A stretch of 64,000 bases of DNA, from the NCBI GenBank assembly GCA_963714015.1, contig OY970223.1, forward strand, positions 2,688,001 to 2,752,000, given 5' to 3'. Numbering within the stretch: the first letter of the stretch is position 1; each line of letters opens with the position of its first letter. The DNA comes from Vulcanimicrobiota bacterium. GTDB lineage: Bacteria > Vulcanimicrobiota > Vulcanimicrobiia > Vulcanimicrobiales > Vulcanimicrobiaceae. A program made the translations under genes and the position numbers. The notes beneath the pieces were generated by a model. It ran no database searches. It was given only the letters and a program-made list of their open reading frames with translations, and was not told the DNA's origin. Positions 17,926 through 29,347 of this stretch are shown here, piece by piece.

Positions 17926-19259
17926 TCGAGCGTCTGCCGCCTTTTATGCGCTGGGCTTATCCCGGGCTCGGCGTCAAACGCTGGCTGCTGGTAGCGATTG
18001 CCGGCATTCTGTTGCTGGTCAACGGTGTCGATCGGTATTTGGTCGCCATCGGTTACAATGTTCATGCAAACGAAGTCGTCGACAGCTTCGTCGCGGACTA
18101 TTTTTCACCGAGTTATTTGGCCTGGATCTTCATGGCGCTGGGCATCGCGCTGATCTTCCTGGGCATCCGCCAGTGGCTGCTCGCGATTCTGCGCGCCAGT
18201 GCTGCGGGCGGCGAACGCATCGTGGACACGTTGTACGAAATGCGGTTGCGCAACGGATATAAGATCGTCGCGATCGGCGGCGGTACCGGGCTCTCGACGC
18301 TGCTGCGCGGCCTGAAGCGCAAGAGCACCAATTTGACGGCGCTCGTGACCGTCAGCGACGACGGCGGCAGTTCCGGACGCCTTCAAAAGGAGCTCGGCGT
18401 GCTTCCTCCGGGCGACGTGCGCAACTGCTTGGTCGCGCTCGCGGACGACGAGGCCATGGTAACCGACCTCTTCCGCTATCGCTTTGCGGAAGGTGAAGGG
18501 CTGACGGGTCATTCGTTCGGCAATCTGTTCCTGGCGGCCATGACCGGCATCACCGGCAACTTCGATCGCGCGATCAAAGAGTCGAGCCGCGTGCTGAATA
18601 TCAAAGGCCGCGTTCTGCCTTCGACGCTCGGCATCGTCCGGCTGTGCGCGCGACTGCAGGACGGTACGATCGTCGAGGGCGAGTCGGCAATTTCGCAGTC
18701 GGGTCAGCCGATAAAACAGGTGTTCTTCGACCCGCCCTACGCCGCGCCGCTCACCGAAGCCGTCGCCGCGATTCGCGATGCCGATGCAATCGTCTTGGGT
18801 CCGGGCAGCCTGTACACGTCGATCATTCCGAACTTTCTCGTCGATCGGATCGCGCACGAAGTGGAGCGATCGCAAGCAGTCAAAATCTACGTGTGCAACG
18901 TCATGACGCAGCCCGGCGAAACGGACGACATGACCGCGGCCGATCATTTGGAGGCGCTTCTGGACAACGCCGGAACGCGCGTCTGCGACTACGTCATAGT
19001 CAACGACGAACCGCCTTCGAAGTTGCTCGAAGCGTATGCGGAGGAAGGTCAGGTTCCGGTCAAGCCGGACATCGAACGTATTCGAGCAGCGGGACTCACG
19101 CCCGTTCGCGCTCAGGTCATCAGTGAGACCGCAACGGTACGCCACGACCCGGAAAAACTCGCGCATGTCGTGATCGGCATCATCGACCGCAGCGTCGCAC
19201 AGCGCGCCGCTTACATGCGCCCTGCGCAAGTGTACGAGCAGCGTTCATCGCCCGCTTAG
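17922..19259 (+). CDS. yvcK: YvcK/GlmR (UPF0052) family protein with N-terminal TM region
   Basis: IGGGTGLS, DDGGSSGRL, PPGDVRN, GPGSLYTS. Confidence 0.93.
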   Translation: MIERLPPFMRWAYPGLGVKRWLLVAIAGILLLVNGVDRYLVAIGYNVHANEVVDSFVADYFSPSYLAWIFMALGIALIFLGIRQWLLAILRASAAGGERIVDTLYEMRLRNGYKIVAIGGGTGLSTLLRGLKRKSTNLTALVTVSDDGGSSGRLQKELGVLPPGDVRNCLVALADDEAMVTDLFRYRFAEGEGLTGHSFGNLFLAAMTGITGNFDRAIKESSRVLNIKGRVLPSTLGIVRLCARLQDGTIVEGESAISQSGQPIKQVFFDPPYAAPLTEAVAAIRDADAIVLGPGSLYTSIIPNFLVDRIAHEVERSQAVKIYVCNVMTQPGETDDMTAADHLEALLDNAGTRVCDYVIVNDEPPSKLLEAYAEEGQVPVKPDIERIRAAGLTPVRAQVISETATVRHDPEKLAHVVIGIIDRSVAQRAAYMRPAQVYEQRSSPA

Positions 19260-19591
19260 TGCGAGAGCGATACCGTGAGCTGGAGCGGTTTATCCGGAGC
19301 AACGTGCGCGCTGCCCGTATACGCTTTATACGATCCGTTTGCGGTTGAGACTTGATAGTCGATGTCGCCGACCGGAACTTGGGGGAAGGCGAATTTGCCT
19401 TGCGCGTCCGTCGTAGCGGTCAGTACGGTGTCGACGACGACTGTTGCCCCGGCGATGGGCTGGTTCGTCGCGGCGTCGACCACGACGCCTTGCACGGTCT
19501 GATAGGTGCCGCCCGGAGGCAACGAGTTGTCGTTGCACGCCGTGAGCACTGCCAGCGCAAGAAGGACGGTAAAAAGGCGAGCGCGTGTCAT
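19256..19591 (-). CDS. Lipoprotein with carboxypeptidase-regulatory-like domain
   Basis: LTAC lipobox; GVVVDAATNQPIAGATV...TDAQGKF. Confidence 0.75.
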   Translation of the reverse strand: MTRARLFTVLLALAVLTACNDNSLPPGGTYQTVQGVVVDAATNQPIAGATVVVDTVLTATTDAQGKFAFPQVPVGDIDYQVSTANGSYKAYTGSAHVAPDKPLQLTVSLSH

Positions 19592-19695
19592 CGTCTCCTC
19601 CACTTCTTGCTCCATCTTACCTTCACCGCTCAATGCAACCAAGGGGGGTCCGTCGAAGCCCCTTGGACGAACGCTTTTCCAATGGAGGCCCAAAG

Positions 19696-21096
19696 GTGAC
19701 CACGACCGCGTCGGAACCACAGACCGGCATGCATTATTTCAGAGACGCCCTGGATGCGATCGGGAATACGCCGCTCGTAAAACTGAACAAAGTGACCGAC
19801 GGCGCCGAGTGCTTGGTCCTGGCCAAGGTCGAGTACATGAACCCCGGCGGAAGCGTTAAAGACCGCCCCGCCGTCGCCATGCTCGATGCAGCCGAACGCG
19901 CGGGGATGCTCAAACCGGCCGGGACGATCGTCGAGCCCACGAGCGGCAACACCGGCTCGGGACTGGCAATGGCGGCCGCCATTCGCGGCTACCGCTGCAT
20001 CCTGGTGATGCCCGACAAGATGGCAAAAGAAAAAGTCGACCTTCTGCGCGCTTACGGAGCCGAGGTCGTCGTCACGCCGACGAACGTGCCGAACGACTCG
20101 CCCGAGTCATATTACGGCGTCGCAAACCGCTTGGCGTCGGAGATCCCGGGCGCGTTCCAGCCCAATCAGTTTCACAATCACAACAATCCCGAGGCGCACT
20201 ACCACACGACCGGTCCGGAGATCTGGCGGCAAACCGCCGGACGGATCACGCATTTCGTCGCGGGCATCGGCACCGGAGGCACGATCTCGGGCACCGCGCG
20301 TTATCTGAAAGAGCAGAACGCAAAGATTCACGTCGTCGGCGCCGACCCGGAAGGCTCGATCTATTCGGGCGACACGCCCAAATCGTACGCCGTCGAAGGC
20401 ATCGGCATGTCGTACCTTCCCGAGACCGTAAACCTGAAGGTCATCGACGAAATGGTGCGCGTTCCCGATCGCGACTCGTTTCTGATGGCGCGCCGGATAA
20501 CGCGTGAGGAAGGGCTGCTCGTCGGCGGATCTTCGGGCACGGCGGCGGTCGCAGCCATGAAGCTCGCCAAGACGCTCCCGGCCGACGCCGTTTTGGTCGT
20601 GCTGTTCCCCGACTCGGGCCGCGGTTACATGTCGAAGATTTTCAATGACGAGTGGATGATAGCCAACGGTTTTCTTTCCGAAGGCAAGCGGCGAGCGACG
20701 GTTGGCGACGTGCTGCGCAGCAAACGTCCACTTCCGCCGCTGATTACGGTCAAAGACACCGACGTGGTAAAAGAAGCGCTCGATCTGCTTCGCCAGTATG
20801 AAATTTCGCAGATTCCGGTAATGCGCGGGAACGAGCAGATCGGCAGCATCAACGACGTCGCCGTCATGCAATCCGTATTCGACCGGGCAGACATCATTCA
20901 CAAACCGGTCAGTGAAGTGATGGGGCGTCCATTCCCGCTGCTGGACCAAAGCGAGGAAATCGAACGGGCGTACAAGCTGCTCACGCTTGCCAATCATGCC
21001 GTCGTCGTCACCGACGAAGACGAAGCGATCGGCGTGCTGACGCGGCAGGACATCATTTCGTATCTTTCCGCTGCGAGCGGATCGCCTAAGCCATAG
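19696..21096 (+). CDS. cbs: Cystathionine beta-synthase with CBS domains
   Basis: IGNTPLV, NPGGSVKDR, TSGNTG, GTGGT; C-terminal CBS pair. Confidence 0.92.
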   Translation: MTTTASEPQTGMHYFRDALDAIGNTPLVKLNKVTDGAECLVLAKVEYMNPGGSVKDRPAVAMLDAAERAGMLKPAGTIVEPTSGNTGSGLAMAAAIRGYRCILVMPDKMAKEKVDLLRAYGAEVVVTPTNVPNDSPESYYGVANRLASEIPGAFQPNQFHNHNNPEAHYHTTGPEIWRQTAGRITHFVAGIGTGGTISGTARYLKEQNAKIHVVGADPEGSIYSGDTPKSYAVEGIGMSYLPETVNLKVIDEMVRVPDRDSFLMARRITREEGLLVGGSSGTAAVAAMKLAKTLPADAVLVVLFPDSGRGYMSKIFNDEWMIANGFLSEGKRRATVGDVLRSKRPLPPLITVKDTDVVKEALDLLRQYEISQIPVMRGNEQIGSINDVAVMQSVFDRADIIHKPVSEVMGRPFPLLDQSEEIERAYKLLTLANHAVVVTDEDEAIGVLTRQDIISYLSAASGSPKP

Positions 21097-21104
21097 GCCC
21101 GGCG

Positions 21105-21920
21105 ATGCTGCACCTGTTGCTGGCCGCGCTGCAAATCACGTGGAGCGGCCCCGGCTTTCCTCCCGGCGTACGGACGACTCCGCCGGTGATCGTGGCGCAA
21201 CCGGTTGCGGGCCGGGTTCCGCAAGGGCACCTTCTGCTTCAGGCGATCGACGGCAGTGCCGCCGTTCCGGCGGAATGGTCCGCAAGACCCGACAATACGC
21301 TAATGTTCAATGACGCCGTCGACAGCAGTGCTGCAACGGGTCCCGGAACCTACGTCGGCATGATGGCGTATCGGGGACCGGCGCAGATCACCGCAATCTA
21401 CAACGGGCGGCGCGCTACGATTGAGGCGTTCGTGTATAACACGGCCACCGCGGCATGCTACATGGGCTTTCCGAACGGCATCCGCTTCGATGACCAGGGC
21501 AACGCCAAGCCGGCCGGACTGCCCCAGGAAAGCGACATATTCACCATCGGACCGCCTAACGAACCGCACATGGATGTGTTTTACGGATGCACCGGCGCGT
21601 TCGCGCGTCCAAGTTCGCCGTACGCGGTACATTTTCCATACGGTGCCCGCGTACTGCGCCGCACATCCGGCGTGTACTTTGGTGATGTACGCGTGACCGA
21701 CTGGCGGAATGACTTTACGATCGCTCCGCCGCTCCAATCCGGTGACATCGTCGTCTTTCGCCTGCACGACGGACGCACCGGCAAGATTTTGGTCGACCCT
21801 CCGGCACAGGGTACGTTCGGCGGAATTTACTTAACCGGACCGCGGAACGGCGATTTCTGGGATTACTCAGTCTATCACCATCTCCAACCGTTGCCGCACG
21901 CAATTTTCGGCCACATCTAG
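21105..21920 (+). CDS. Secreted hypothetical protein
   Basis: 271-aa ORF with N-terminal hydrophobic segment. Confidence 0.6.
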   Translation: MLHLLLAALQITWSGPGFPPGVRTTPPVIVAQPVAGRVPQGHLLLQAIDGSAAVPAEWSARPDNTLMFNDAVDSSAATGPGTYVGMMAYRGPAQITAIYNGRRATIEAFVYNTATAACYMGFPNGIRFDDQGNAKPAGLPQESDIFTIGPPNEPHMDVFYGCTGAFARPSSPYAVHFPYGARVLRRTSGVYFGDVRVTDWRNDFTIAPPLQSGDIVVFRLHDGRTGKILVDPPAQGTFGGIYLTGPRNGDFWDYSVYHHLQPLPHAIFGHI

Positions 21921-22270
21921 ATAGGCCAGCGGCTTCTTTAATGAACCGCAAACCGCGTCAACCGGCTCGTCGCAGTTTTAGACGCTCGATTATTGACGCC
22001 GGCTTTTCGCGTGGTACAGCAACGAGCCCCGGCACATCGACATTGTGCTCCTCACGCCGAGCGACGTTCAGCCACGGTCGCGCAAGCGAGTGCGGTGATG
22101 CTCGCGCTCTCGTGCTCCTCCATGCGTGGAAGGCGCATCCTTGAACATTTCGTGGATGGAAAACCGAACCGCTGAACTCCGCGCCGGTCGCTTCCATCAA
22201 TCGACCCGAAGCCGCAGCGTAGAAACTCCAAGTTCCGCTGCTCTCAAACCCACCGACACCTTCCGCCGGC

Positions 22271-23275
22271 TTACGGAATGATCGGAGGATTCACCGCGAC
22301 TGCGCCGGCTTTACCGAAATTAAGGACGCGTACCGGAGCGCCGCCGGCTGGATAATTAAATAGGCCGAGGCCATTCTTGAATATCGGCACCGCCCATAGT
22401 TGGTGTGTATCCGAGGTTAATGAGCATAGAATAGGTCCTTCCCCACTCATCTCCTTCAAGTGAGTCGTGTAGAGCGCTTTTCCCAGGTTGCCGTTTGACG
22501 GATGCGCATAAGTCACGACCAAACCCTGGTTGAGTGTTCCTTCATCCACAAGCAATTCGTTGTTGTTGTTGAACTGCAGAGCCTGCGCGCTGTTGAGAGT
22601 TGGTGTGTACGTCTCTAAGCCTTTCGGCGTGCATTCGCCTGCTACCGATGCGATCGTATATCCGTTCGTTACGACCAAATTAAAATAGAGAACGCCAGAT
22701 GCGTCGAAAGCAGGCGTTCCATTAAAATATCCGCCTCCAATCGGTACTGATACTGACGAACACGGCGTGGTTTGGCCACGTCTGAAAAACGATATGGAAC
22801 CATCGTACTCAGGGTCCGATGGAAGTATAGCCGCAGCAAAGACGCCGGTCTTATTGTCTACGGCAACCCCGCTAAGAACGCCGACACTCTCAAAAGAAAT
22901 CTCCGTTGGTTTAGTGGTGTACGGCGGCTTATAAATTCTTAGCCAGTCATGATACATGTTCGAGCTGCCATCATAAATATCGCCGGCGGCATCCATGGCA
23001 AGGTAGCCGTTCGGCGCATCGATGCTCCCTATGTGCTTATACTTTGCATCGAGCAGCAGAATTGAATGGTTGCCACTATCCACCGCGACAGCCGGCAAGG
23101 TAGACGACGAATACCGCACGCTTTCCGCGTCAGACGACATCTGGTACTTTGCCGGCAGCGTTCCGGTTTCGCGCGCACTACAACCCACAATCAACGAAGC
23201 GCACAGCGCAGCAGCTCCTAAGCGTGCGGTGAACTTCGCAATATTCGGGTCGGCTGCGCGTCGAATGACGGTCAT
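22271..23275 (-). CDS. Putative beta-propeller lipoprotein (paralog 1)
   Basis: IVGC lipobox; repeated LAMD.AGDIY / AVD..G / AFDA.G blades. Confidence 0.7.
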   Translation of the reverse strand: MTVIRRAADPNIAKFTARLGAAALCASLIVGCSARETGTLPAKYQMSSDAESVRYSSSTLPAVAVDSGNHSILLLDAKYKHIGSIDAPNGYLAMDAAGDIYDGSSNMYHDWLRIYKPPYTTKPTEISFESVGVLSGVAVDNKTGVFAAAILPSDPEYDGSISFFRRGQTTPCSSVSVPIGGGYFNGTPAFDASGVLYFNLVVTNGYTIASVAGECTPKGLETYTPTLNSAQALQFNNNNELLVDEGTLNQGLVVTYAHPSNGNLGKALYTTHLKEMSGEGPILCSLTSDTHQLWAVPIFKNGLGLFNYPAGGAPVRVLNFGKAGAVAVNPPIIP

Positions 23276-23330
23276 TTACGCTCCCTTACCTGACGTGGCT
23301 TTCCGAATCAGGTTGATCTAACCCCATTCG

Positions 23331-24190
23331 CTAGGCCGCTTCAAATTGTGGCGTAGTGTTTTGGGTCGATTCGCGATAACGGCGCGCAAATTCTGCCGGC
23401 GTAAGATAACCCAGCGAACCATGAGGCCGATGCGTGTTGTATCGAATGCGCCAGCGCTCGGCTTCAGTCCGAAGGTCACCGAGAGTCAAGAACCAGTGTT
23501 CATTGAGCAACTCATCACGTTGGCGTGCGTTGAAACTCTCGATCTTTCCGTTCTGCGTCGGTTTTCCGGGTTCAATGAAGTGCAACTTCACGTTTCGTTC
23601 TGCACCCCAGCGCAGCATTGCAAGGCTTGAAAATTCGCTGCCGTTGTCAAATTTCACGGTTTGCGGAAACCCGCGCTCTTTGGCGATACGCTCAAGCGCC
23701 ACAATAACGCGGCGAGAAGGCAGCGATGAGTCGACCTCGATCCGCAGGCATTCGCATGTGAAGTCGTCGATGATATTGAGCAGCCTGACTTTGCGGCCGT
23801 TGGCCAGCGAATCGTGAACGAAATCCATAGACCACCGTTCATTCGGCCTGGTAACGGTCGGCGATTCGCGACCACGCTCGTAGCGCACATGCCGTTTCTT
23901 TCGCTTTCGAACTTGCAGGCCGGCGGCACGGTACACGCGATAAAAGCGCTTGTGATTCACCTGAATCGCATAGTCGCGCTTGAGCAGAAAATGCAGCACG
24001 CGATAGCCCGAGCGCCGATTCTGGTCAACGAGTCTGCTTCATCGGCTCGAGCAGTGCCGCATCATCCGCTTTTCGAGCCCGGTACTGCGCGGTGGATCGC
24101 GCACATGCCACGAGTTGGCATGCACGCCGCTCGCTATAACCGCGCTGGCCTTTGAGCTCTTGCACGGCCGCGCGGCGCCGGGCAGAGCTT
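23331..24190 (-). CDS. IS3 transposase OrfB (DDE integrase core), extra indels upstream
   Basis: WSMDFV, DNGSEF, PGKPTQNGKIESFN. Confidence 0.9.
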
Positions 24191-24205
24191 ACCATTTTTT
24201 TTCAT

Positions 24206-24454
24206 TCAAATATTTGAGGGCATCGATGTCCATCGCTTGGTTTGCCACGATGCGCTTGAGCCGGGCGTTTTCTTCCTGGAGTGCTTCATGCGCACGACGT
24301 CGCTGACTTCAAGGCCGCCGTACTTGGCCTTCCAGTTCCGCAGCGTATTGGGATGGATGCCGTGCTGCCGGCAGATCTCGCTGGTCTTGCCGGTCGCGTC
24401 GTGCTCCTTCAGAATCGCGACGATCTGCGACTCGGTGAAGCGGGATTTCTTCAT
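24206..24454 (-). CDS. IS3 transposase OrfA
   Basis: MKKSRFTESQIVAILKE...CRQHGI...WKAKYGG. Confidence 0.9.
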   Translation of the reverse strand: MKKSRFTESQIVAILKEHDATGKTSEICRQHGIHPNTLRNWKAKYGGLEVSDVVRMKHSRKKTPGSSASWQTKRWTSMPSNI

Positions 24455-24552
24455 CCTGGTCTCCTTGCGAGGCGTTTTGCCTCAGAGACCACAATTTCAT
24501 TTGGCCCGATTTTCGGGGGCTAGATCAAGGTCAAATCGACATGTGTGCTGGC

Positions 24553-25478
24553 TCATGGGATGATCGGAGGATATACCGTGACGCCACCCACGGCATAGAA
24601 GTTAAAGAGCCGCGCAGGCGCGCCGCCCGCCGGGTAGTTATATAAGGCAAGGCCCTCGCCGAATACACGCGAAGCCCACAACTGGCGCGTATTGGAAGCG
24701 AACGAATACATTATCGGCGCTCTGCCGTCAATCTGTTTCAGAAAAGTCTTGTAAAGAACTTTTCCAGCTCCCCGCTTGATGGATGCGCGTACGTCACGAC
24801 TGAGGCCTTGTAAATCGTTCCTTCATTAATGACTAGTTCATTCTTGCTGTTGAACTGCAAAGGCCCAGGGTTCGAAAGATTCGGGCTGTACGTGATTATA
24901 TCTTTCGGCGTGCACTGACCCGCAAGCGACGCAACCGCAAATCCTTCACTTAAACTGACGAAAAAGTACAAGCTGCCCAACGCGTCAAAGGCGGCCTCAG
25001 AAATATACTCACCGGTTGGTAATTGTACCGAAGCGCACGGTGTCATGCGACCATGCCGGAAAAACAATATGGCTCCGGTAGAATCTGGATTCTGAGGAGA
25101 GGTCGTCACGGCAAAAACGCCGTTCTTGATATCTACCGCGAGACCGCTAATACCACCGACATCGTCAAAGGAGATTTCCGTTGGGGTGCTCCTGTATGGT
25201 GGTTGGTAGATTCTTAGTACGTCATCGCTTTGATAGCTGGCATCATAAATGTCGCCAGCCATATCCATAGCGAGGAAGCCCGCGGGAGCATCAACGCTCT
25301 GAACTTTCTTAAATGTCGAATCGAGCAGTAGGATCTTGTTATTTCCGCTATCTATTACGACTGCAGGCACAAAAGACGCTCCCGGTCCGACGTTTTGCGC
25401 TCGGCTCATCATCTTGTCTTTTGTTGGCGGCATGGCGATTTCGCGCGCGTCACAGCCGGCAATCAACGAACCGCACAA
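24553..25478 (-). CDS. Putative beta-propeller lipoprotein (paralog 2), frameshifted
   Basis: Colinear similarity to 22271-23275 (DSGN..ILLLD, DAP.G.LAMD.AGDIYD, VVTYAHPS.G.L). Confidence 0.7.
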
Positions 25479-25537
25479 TACGGGATCACGTACATTTCAT
25501 GGCCGCGTGAAGTATTTCGTGGTATTATTGAAAGCCG

Positions 25538-26248
25538 ATGACGGTTTCGGCACAGACGAAATATTCGGCGGACCCAAACGTCGCCCATGTAGCATCGCTC
25601 ATAGGGGATCCGGTTCGCGCGGCAATACTATTCGCGCTTCTTGGAGGCGGAGAATTGACCGCGTCGGAGCTCGCGTTCCGGGGTGGTGCGTCACCGCAAG
25701 CATGCAGCGCGCACCTGAAGAAGCTCATCGAGGCCGACTTGCTTGCGGTTCGCGTCGCAGGCCGGCAGCGTTTATTCCGCATTGCCTCAATTCACGTGGC
25801 CGAGGCGATGGAAGCGCTCGCACTTGTCGCTCGGCCCACACCCCTCGTCGCACTCTCTCAAAGCTCCGCAGTTGCTCGACTCCGTGAAGCGCGTTCCTGC
25901 TACGATCACCTTGCCGGGCGGCTCGGCGTCGCCCTCGCCGACCGCTTCGTTGAGATGGGCGCGCTTTGCGCCGTTGGATCGCGTTTGGAATTGACGAGCA
26001 ACAGCGAAAACATCTTCTCCGAAGTCGGGATCGACGTCGCAAATGCTCGCGCAGGCCGGCGACCAGTCGTGCGGGCTTGCATCGATTGGACCGAGCGTCG
26101 ACGCCATGTGGCGGGTGCGTTGGGCGCGTTGATTCTCGAGTGTTTCCTCAGCCGGCGATGGGTCGTACGCAGCGATCGCGACCGTTCGCTGCACGTTACA
26201 CCTTCCGGGCGTCTGGCACTCGAGCGTAGTTTTCACATTCGGACATAG
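25538..26248 (+). CDS. ArsR/SmtB-family regulator
   Basis: [40 protein letters not shown]. Confidence 0.9.
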   Translation: MTVSAQTKYSADPNVAHVASLIGDPVRAAILFALLGGGELTASELAFRGGASPQACSAHLKKLIEADLLAVRVAGRQRLFRIASIHVAEAMEALALVARPTPLVALSQSSAVARLREARSCYDHLAGRLGVALADRFVEMGALCAVGSRLELTSNSENIFSEVGIDVANARAGRRPVVRACIDWTERRRHVAGALGALILECFLSRRWVVRSDRDRSLHVTPSGRLALERSFHIRT

Positions 26249-26266
26249 GGGCGCCAAGCCAACACT

Positions 26267-26663
26267 TCAGGCGTCGGCCGAAATCTCGGAAGCGCGGTTG
26301 AACGTTCCCTCGACGAGCCACACGAAGTTGCGCTCCTCGCGGAGAATAACGCGTTTGGATTGCGGCCATCTGAAAATTGTCACGCGCCTGCGCATCGGCT
26401 CGTAGACGCGTTTTGTAACGCTCGTATTCCGCGAGGCTCGAAAATGCAATCAGTCCCCAACCGACGTCACTGGTTCCCTCGTACGGAAGATAGTAGCCGA
26501 TCAAATGGCCACCGCATCGCGGAACGATCGCGCCCCAATTCTGGGCATACTTGTGGAACGCGTCACGCTGCCCGGGATCGATTTGATACCGAATCACGCA
26601 AAGGATATTCGTCGCCGGCTCGGCCTTCGTTGCAGTCACGGCCGTCTTCGACAGCCGCTTCAT
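26267..26663 (-). CDS. NIPSNAP-family protein, frameshifted
   Basis: CVIRYQIDP...[13 protein letters not shown]...[10 protein letters not shown]. Confidence 0.8.
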
Positions 26664-26780
26664 TCCCTGATTTTCATCATTGCCTTTCTTCATTCTCCAA
26701 CCCTATCATGCGGTCGTTTCACGGTGAGTTGAAGCGTACTGCGAACGTCTCTTCAGTGCCGCGTGAACCGTTCCAATACT

Positions 26781-27533
26781 ATGATGTATTTCGTGAAGAA
26801 AATCGGCCTCGTCGGCGGCATCGCGTGGCTTTCGACCGCTGACTATTACAGTGGGCTCTGCAAGCTCAGCGAGCGGTATCACCGCGAACTCGGTTTGGAC
26901 GAGCCGCTTCCTACGCCGGAAATGACCATTGAATCGCTCGATTTGCGCAAGGCCGTCGCTCGGCTAGGCGTCGCGAACGATGAACCGTCATGGCGAGCGT
27001 TCGATGAGTATCATCGCGCTGCTTTAAAGCGTTTGGCGGCAAGTGAGGTGCAGGTGGCCGCTATCGCGAGCAATACACCGCACTGCCGTTTTGACCAAAT
27101 CACGACCGGCATTGACATTTGTGTCGTCAACCTGTTTGAGGCGGTTGCGGCTGAGTGCGCGCGGCAGTACGTCGCTCGCGCCGTTATCCTCGGAACGAAG
27201 CTTACCATGATGTCATCGACGTTGCCGGCGATGCTGGCAACGTATGGTATTGAAGCCATCGTGCCGGAAACGCAAACGCAAGACCGAGTCGCAGGTTTAA
27301 TCGGGCGCCTGCAGCGCGGGCTGGTTTCCGGCGAGTTGAAAGAGATTCATGATATCGTCCAAAGCGTTTGCGGCCATCGCGGCACGAATGGAGCAGCGGT
27401 GTGTTTATGCTGTACGGAACTGCCTCTAGCCTTTACTGGGCAGCGCTTCGAAGATTCATTTGTCGATCGAGGCGTACTCTTCGTAAACAGCGCAGCTGTT
27501 CACGTTTCGTCAATTTTTCAGGCGAGTCTGTGA
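26781..27533 (+). CDS. Aspartate/glutamate racemase family
   Basis: KIGLVGGIAWLST..YY, ASNTPH, CTELP. Confidence 0.85.
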   Translation: MMYFVKKIGLVGGIAWLSTADYYSGLCKLSERYHRELGLDEPLPTPEMTIESLDLRKAVARLGVANDEPSWRAFDEYHRAALKRLAASEVQVAAIASNTPHCRFDQITTGIDICVVNLFEAVAAECARQYVARAVILGTKLTMMSSTLPAMLATYGIEAIVPETQTQDRVAGLIGRLQRGLVSGELKEIHDIVQSVCGHRGTNGAAVCLCCTELPLAFTGQRFEDSFVDRGVLFVNSAAVHVSSIFQASL

Positions 27534-27600
27534 GAAAATCATCATGACCCGGTCGACGAACCGCGGCGCTTGCATTGCGCATTTGGGCGTCCGCAAGTAT

Positions 27601-29119
27601 TTATCGGCCTACTGCAAAAAGTACCGCGTTATTTATGGCATAGATCTGGCCGTCGGGACCGATGGCGGTCGGCGTGTACGCTTCGCCGATGCCGCTCGTG
27701 AGCGCGATGCGCTGCTTGAATGAATTGCTCGGCAAATCCCAGCGATACAAATAGCCGTCTTCACTGTTGGCATACACTGCGCTGGTTTGCGGATCGACCG
27801 CAGCTGTGTTGATGCACCATTCGCGCACCCCGCCCGGGTAGTCCGGGTCCGGAGTAACGCCCTCGATCGTTTCCACTTGCTTCATCACCGTAACGGACGG
27901 CACGATCGGATCGGACTGCGCCGATGCCGGGTCGAGAATCGCGATTTCGTTATGCCCATTGCCCGTTCCGACGCCGCCATAGTTGTTATACTTCGTCATG
28001 AGTAGATATGCTGATGCTCCCTTATAGGAAGGGACGATTGAAGCGGGCACGATCGAGGCGGTGTCGTCCCATCCGAATGAGCCGGGCGCCTTCTGCTGCG
28101 CCAGCGTCGCGTCAAAATGCAGCAGCCATCCACGCTCGTTATGCGAACCTAGCGGCGATTCGAGCACACCGTAGTAAACGTCGCCGTCCGGACCGACAGT
28201 AGGGGACGCGGTGCCGTCGTCCGGGATCGTTGCGGGTGCGCCGGTTGCCGGATCCTTCAAATACACCTTTGATTTCGTACCGAGAGACTGGGTGTCGAGT
28301 CCAAGCAGATAACCGTTCGTGCCGTTACTAACGGCGACGTAGACGGTGCTTTGATCGGGTGAAAGCGCGAGCGCGTCATTCATCGCGACCTCCGACATCG
28401 ACGCATCGCCGGCAGCGCCGGCTGCCGAAACCCACGTTCCTTGACCGTTCGCGGCGATGCGCGCCACACCGCTCGTCAAATGTGCCGGGTTACTGCCGTT
28501 GACGGTGAACCCGAAGAAAATATTCCCGTTCCCGTCTGCCGTAAGAGGCGTATCGATTGCTACGGCGGCATCATACGCGCTCTTTGCGGAGTTATATGTG
28601 CTACTCCCGTAGAAAAAGGCCGTCTGCACGATACTTTGCGGCGAGTCGACATTATCGCGATAGAATGAGCTTTCCTCCGGCGCCGGGAAAATACAAACGG
28701 CCCGACGCCGTTAGGACTGTGTTGTAGCTCGGGGTCCAATAGTGCGGGGGAAATGTATAATCGCTCGATGTTTGCCAAACGAGCGCTCCGGTGGCGCCCG
28801 CCCGCGCTTGGATTTGATAGGCGCCCGCAGCACTCGTTTTCACTGCCACGACAACGGTGTTCCCGGGCGTAATGACGGGCGAACCGTAATGTTCGTAGAG
28901 TGTCCCCTGCTTATACATTGGTACCAAATCGATGGGGAGGCGCCAGTGAATGGCATTGAGCGGCTGCGCTTGCGCTGTAGATTGCGCCGCGTGTTGCGCG
29001 TCGTTTGCAAAGCCGAGCCACGGAGGGCCTTCAACGGCGACGCCTGCAGGCACCGAGGGGGCCGAGCCGTTGCAGCCTGCCGGGAGCGCCGCGACGGCGA
29101 TCAGCGCAAGCCGTTTCAA
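27601..29119 (-). CDS. Secreted beta-propeller lipoprotein, frameshifted near 28650
   Basis: Lipobox LPAGC after TTG 29119; ORFs 28652-29236 and 27601-28629 read as one protein. Confidence 0.65.
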
Positions 29120-29347
29120 CTTTCGGCTCCCGAAGCAAGAGCGGATTGCCGTTCGCTTCTTCGTCCGCATCGTTCGAATCCGTATTTGCATATCGAATAA
29201 AAATAAGCCTGCGGCTCGCGCACCCATCCGGCCCACGCGTACGGCCCCTGACTCGGCGCAGAGATAACAGCGTAGCGTTTTAAATTTTCACGTGCGCGTG
29301 AACTGTCGAAGTGGGCATTCCCGGTCTTTGCGCAGAAGTCGGGAGCC

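Larger units (their letters stand above)
23314..24527 (-). mobile_element. Complete IS3-family insertion sequence (IS407-like)
   Basis: Imperfect terminal IRs starting TGATCTA; 4-bp target duplication AGGT at 23310-23313 and 24528-24531; orfA/orfB with A8 slippery run at 24195-24202. Confidence 0.95.
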
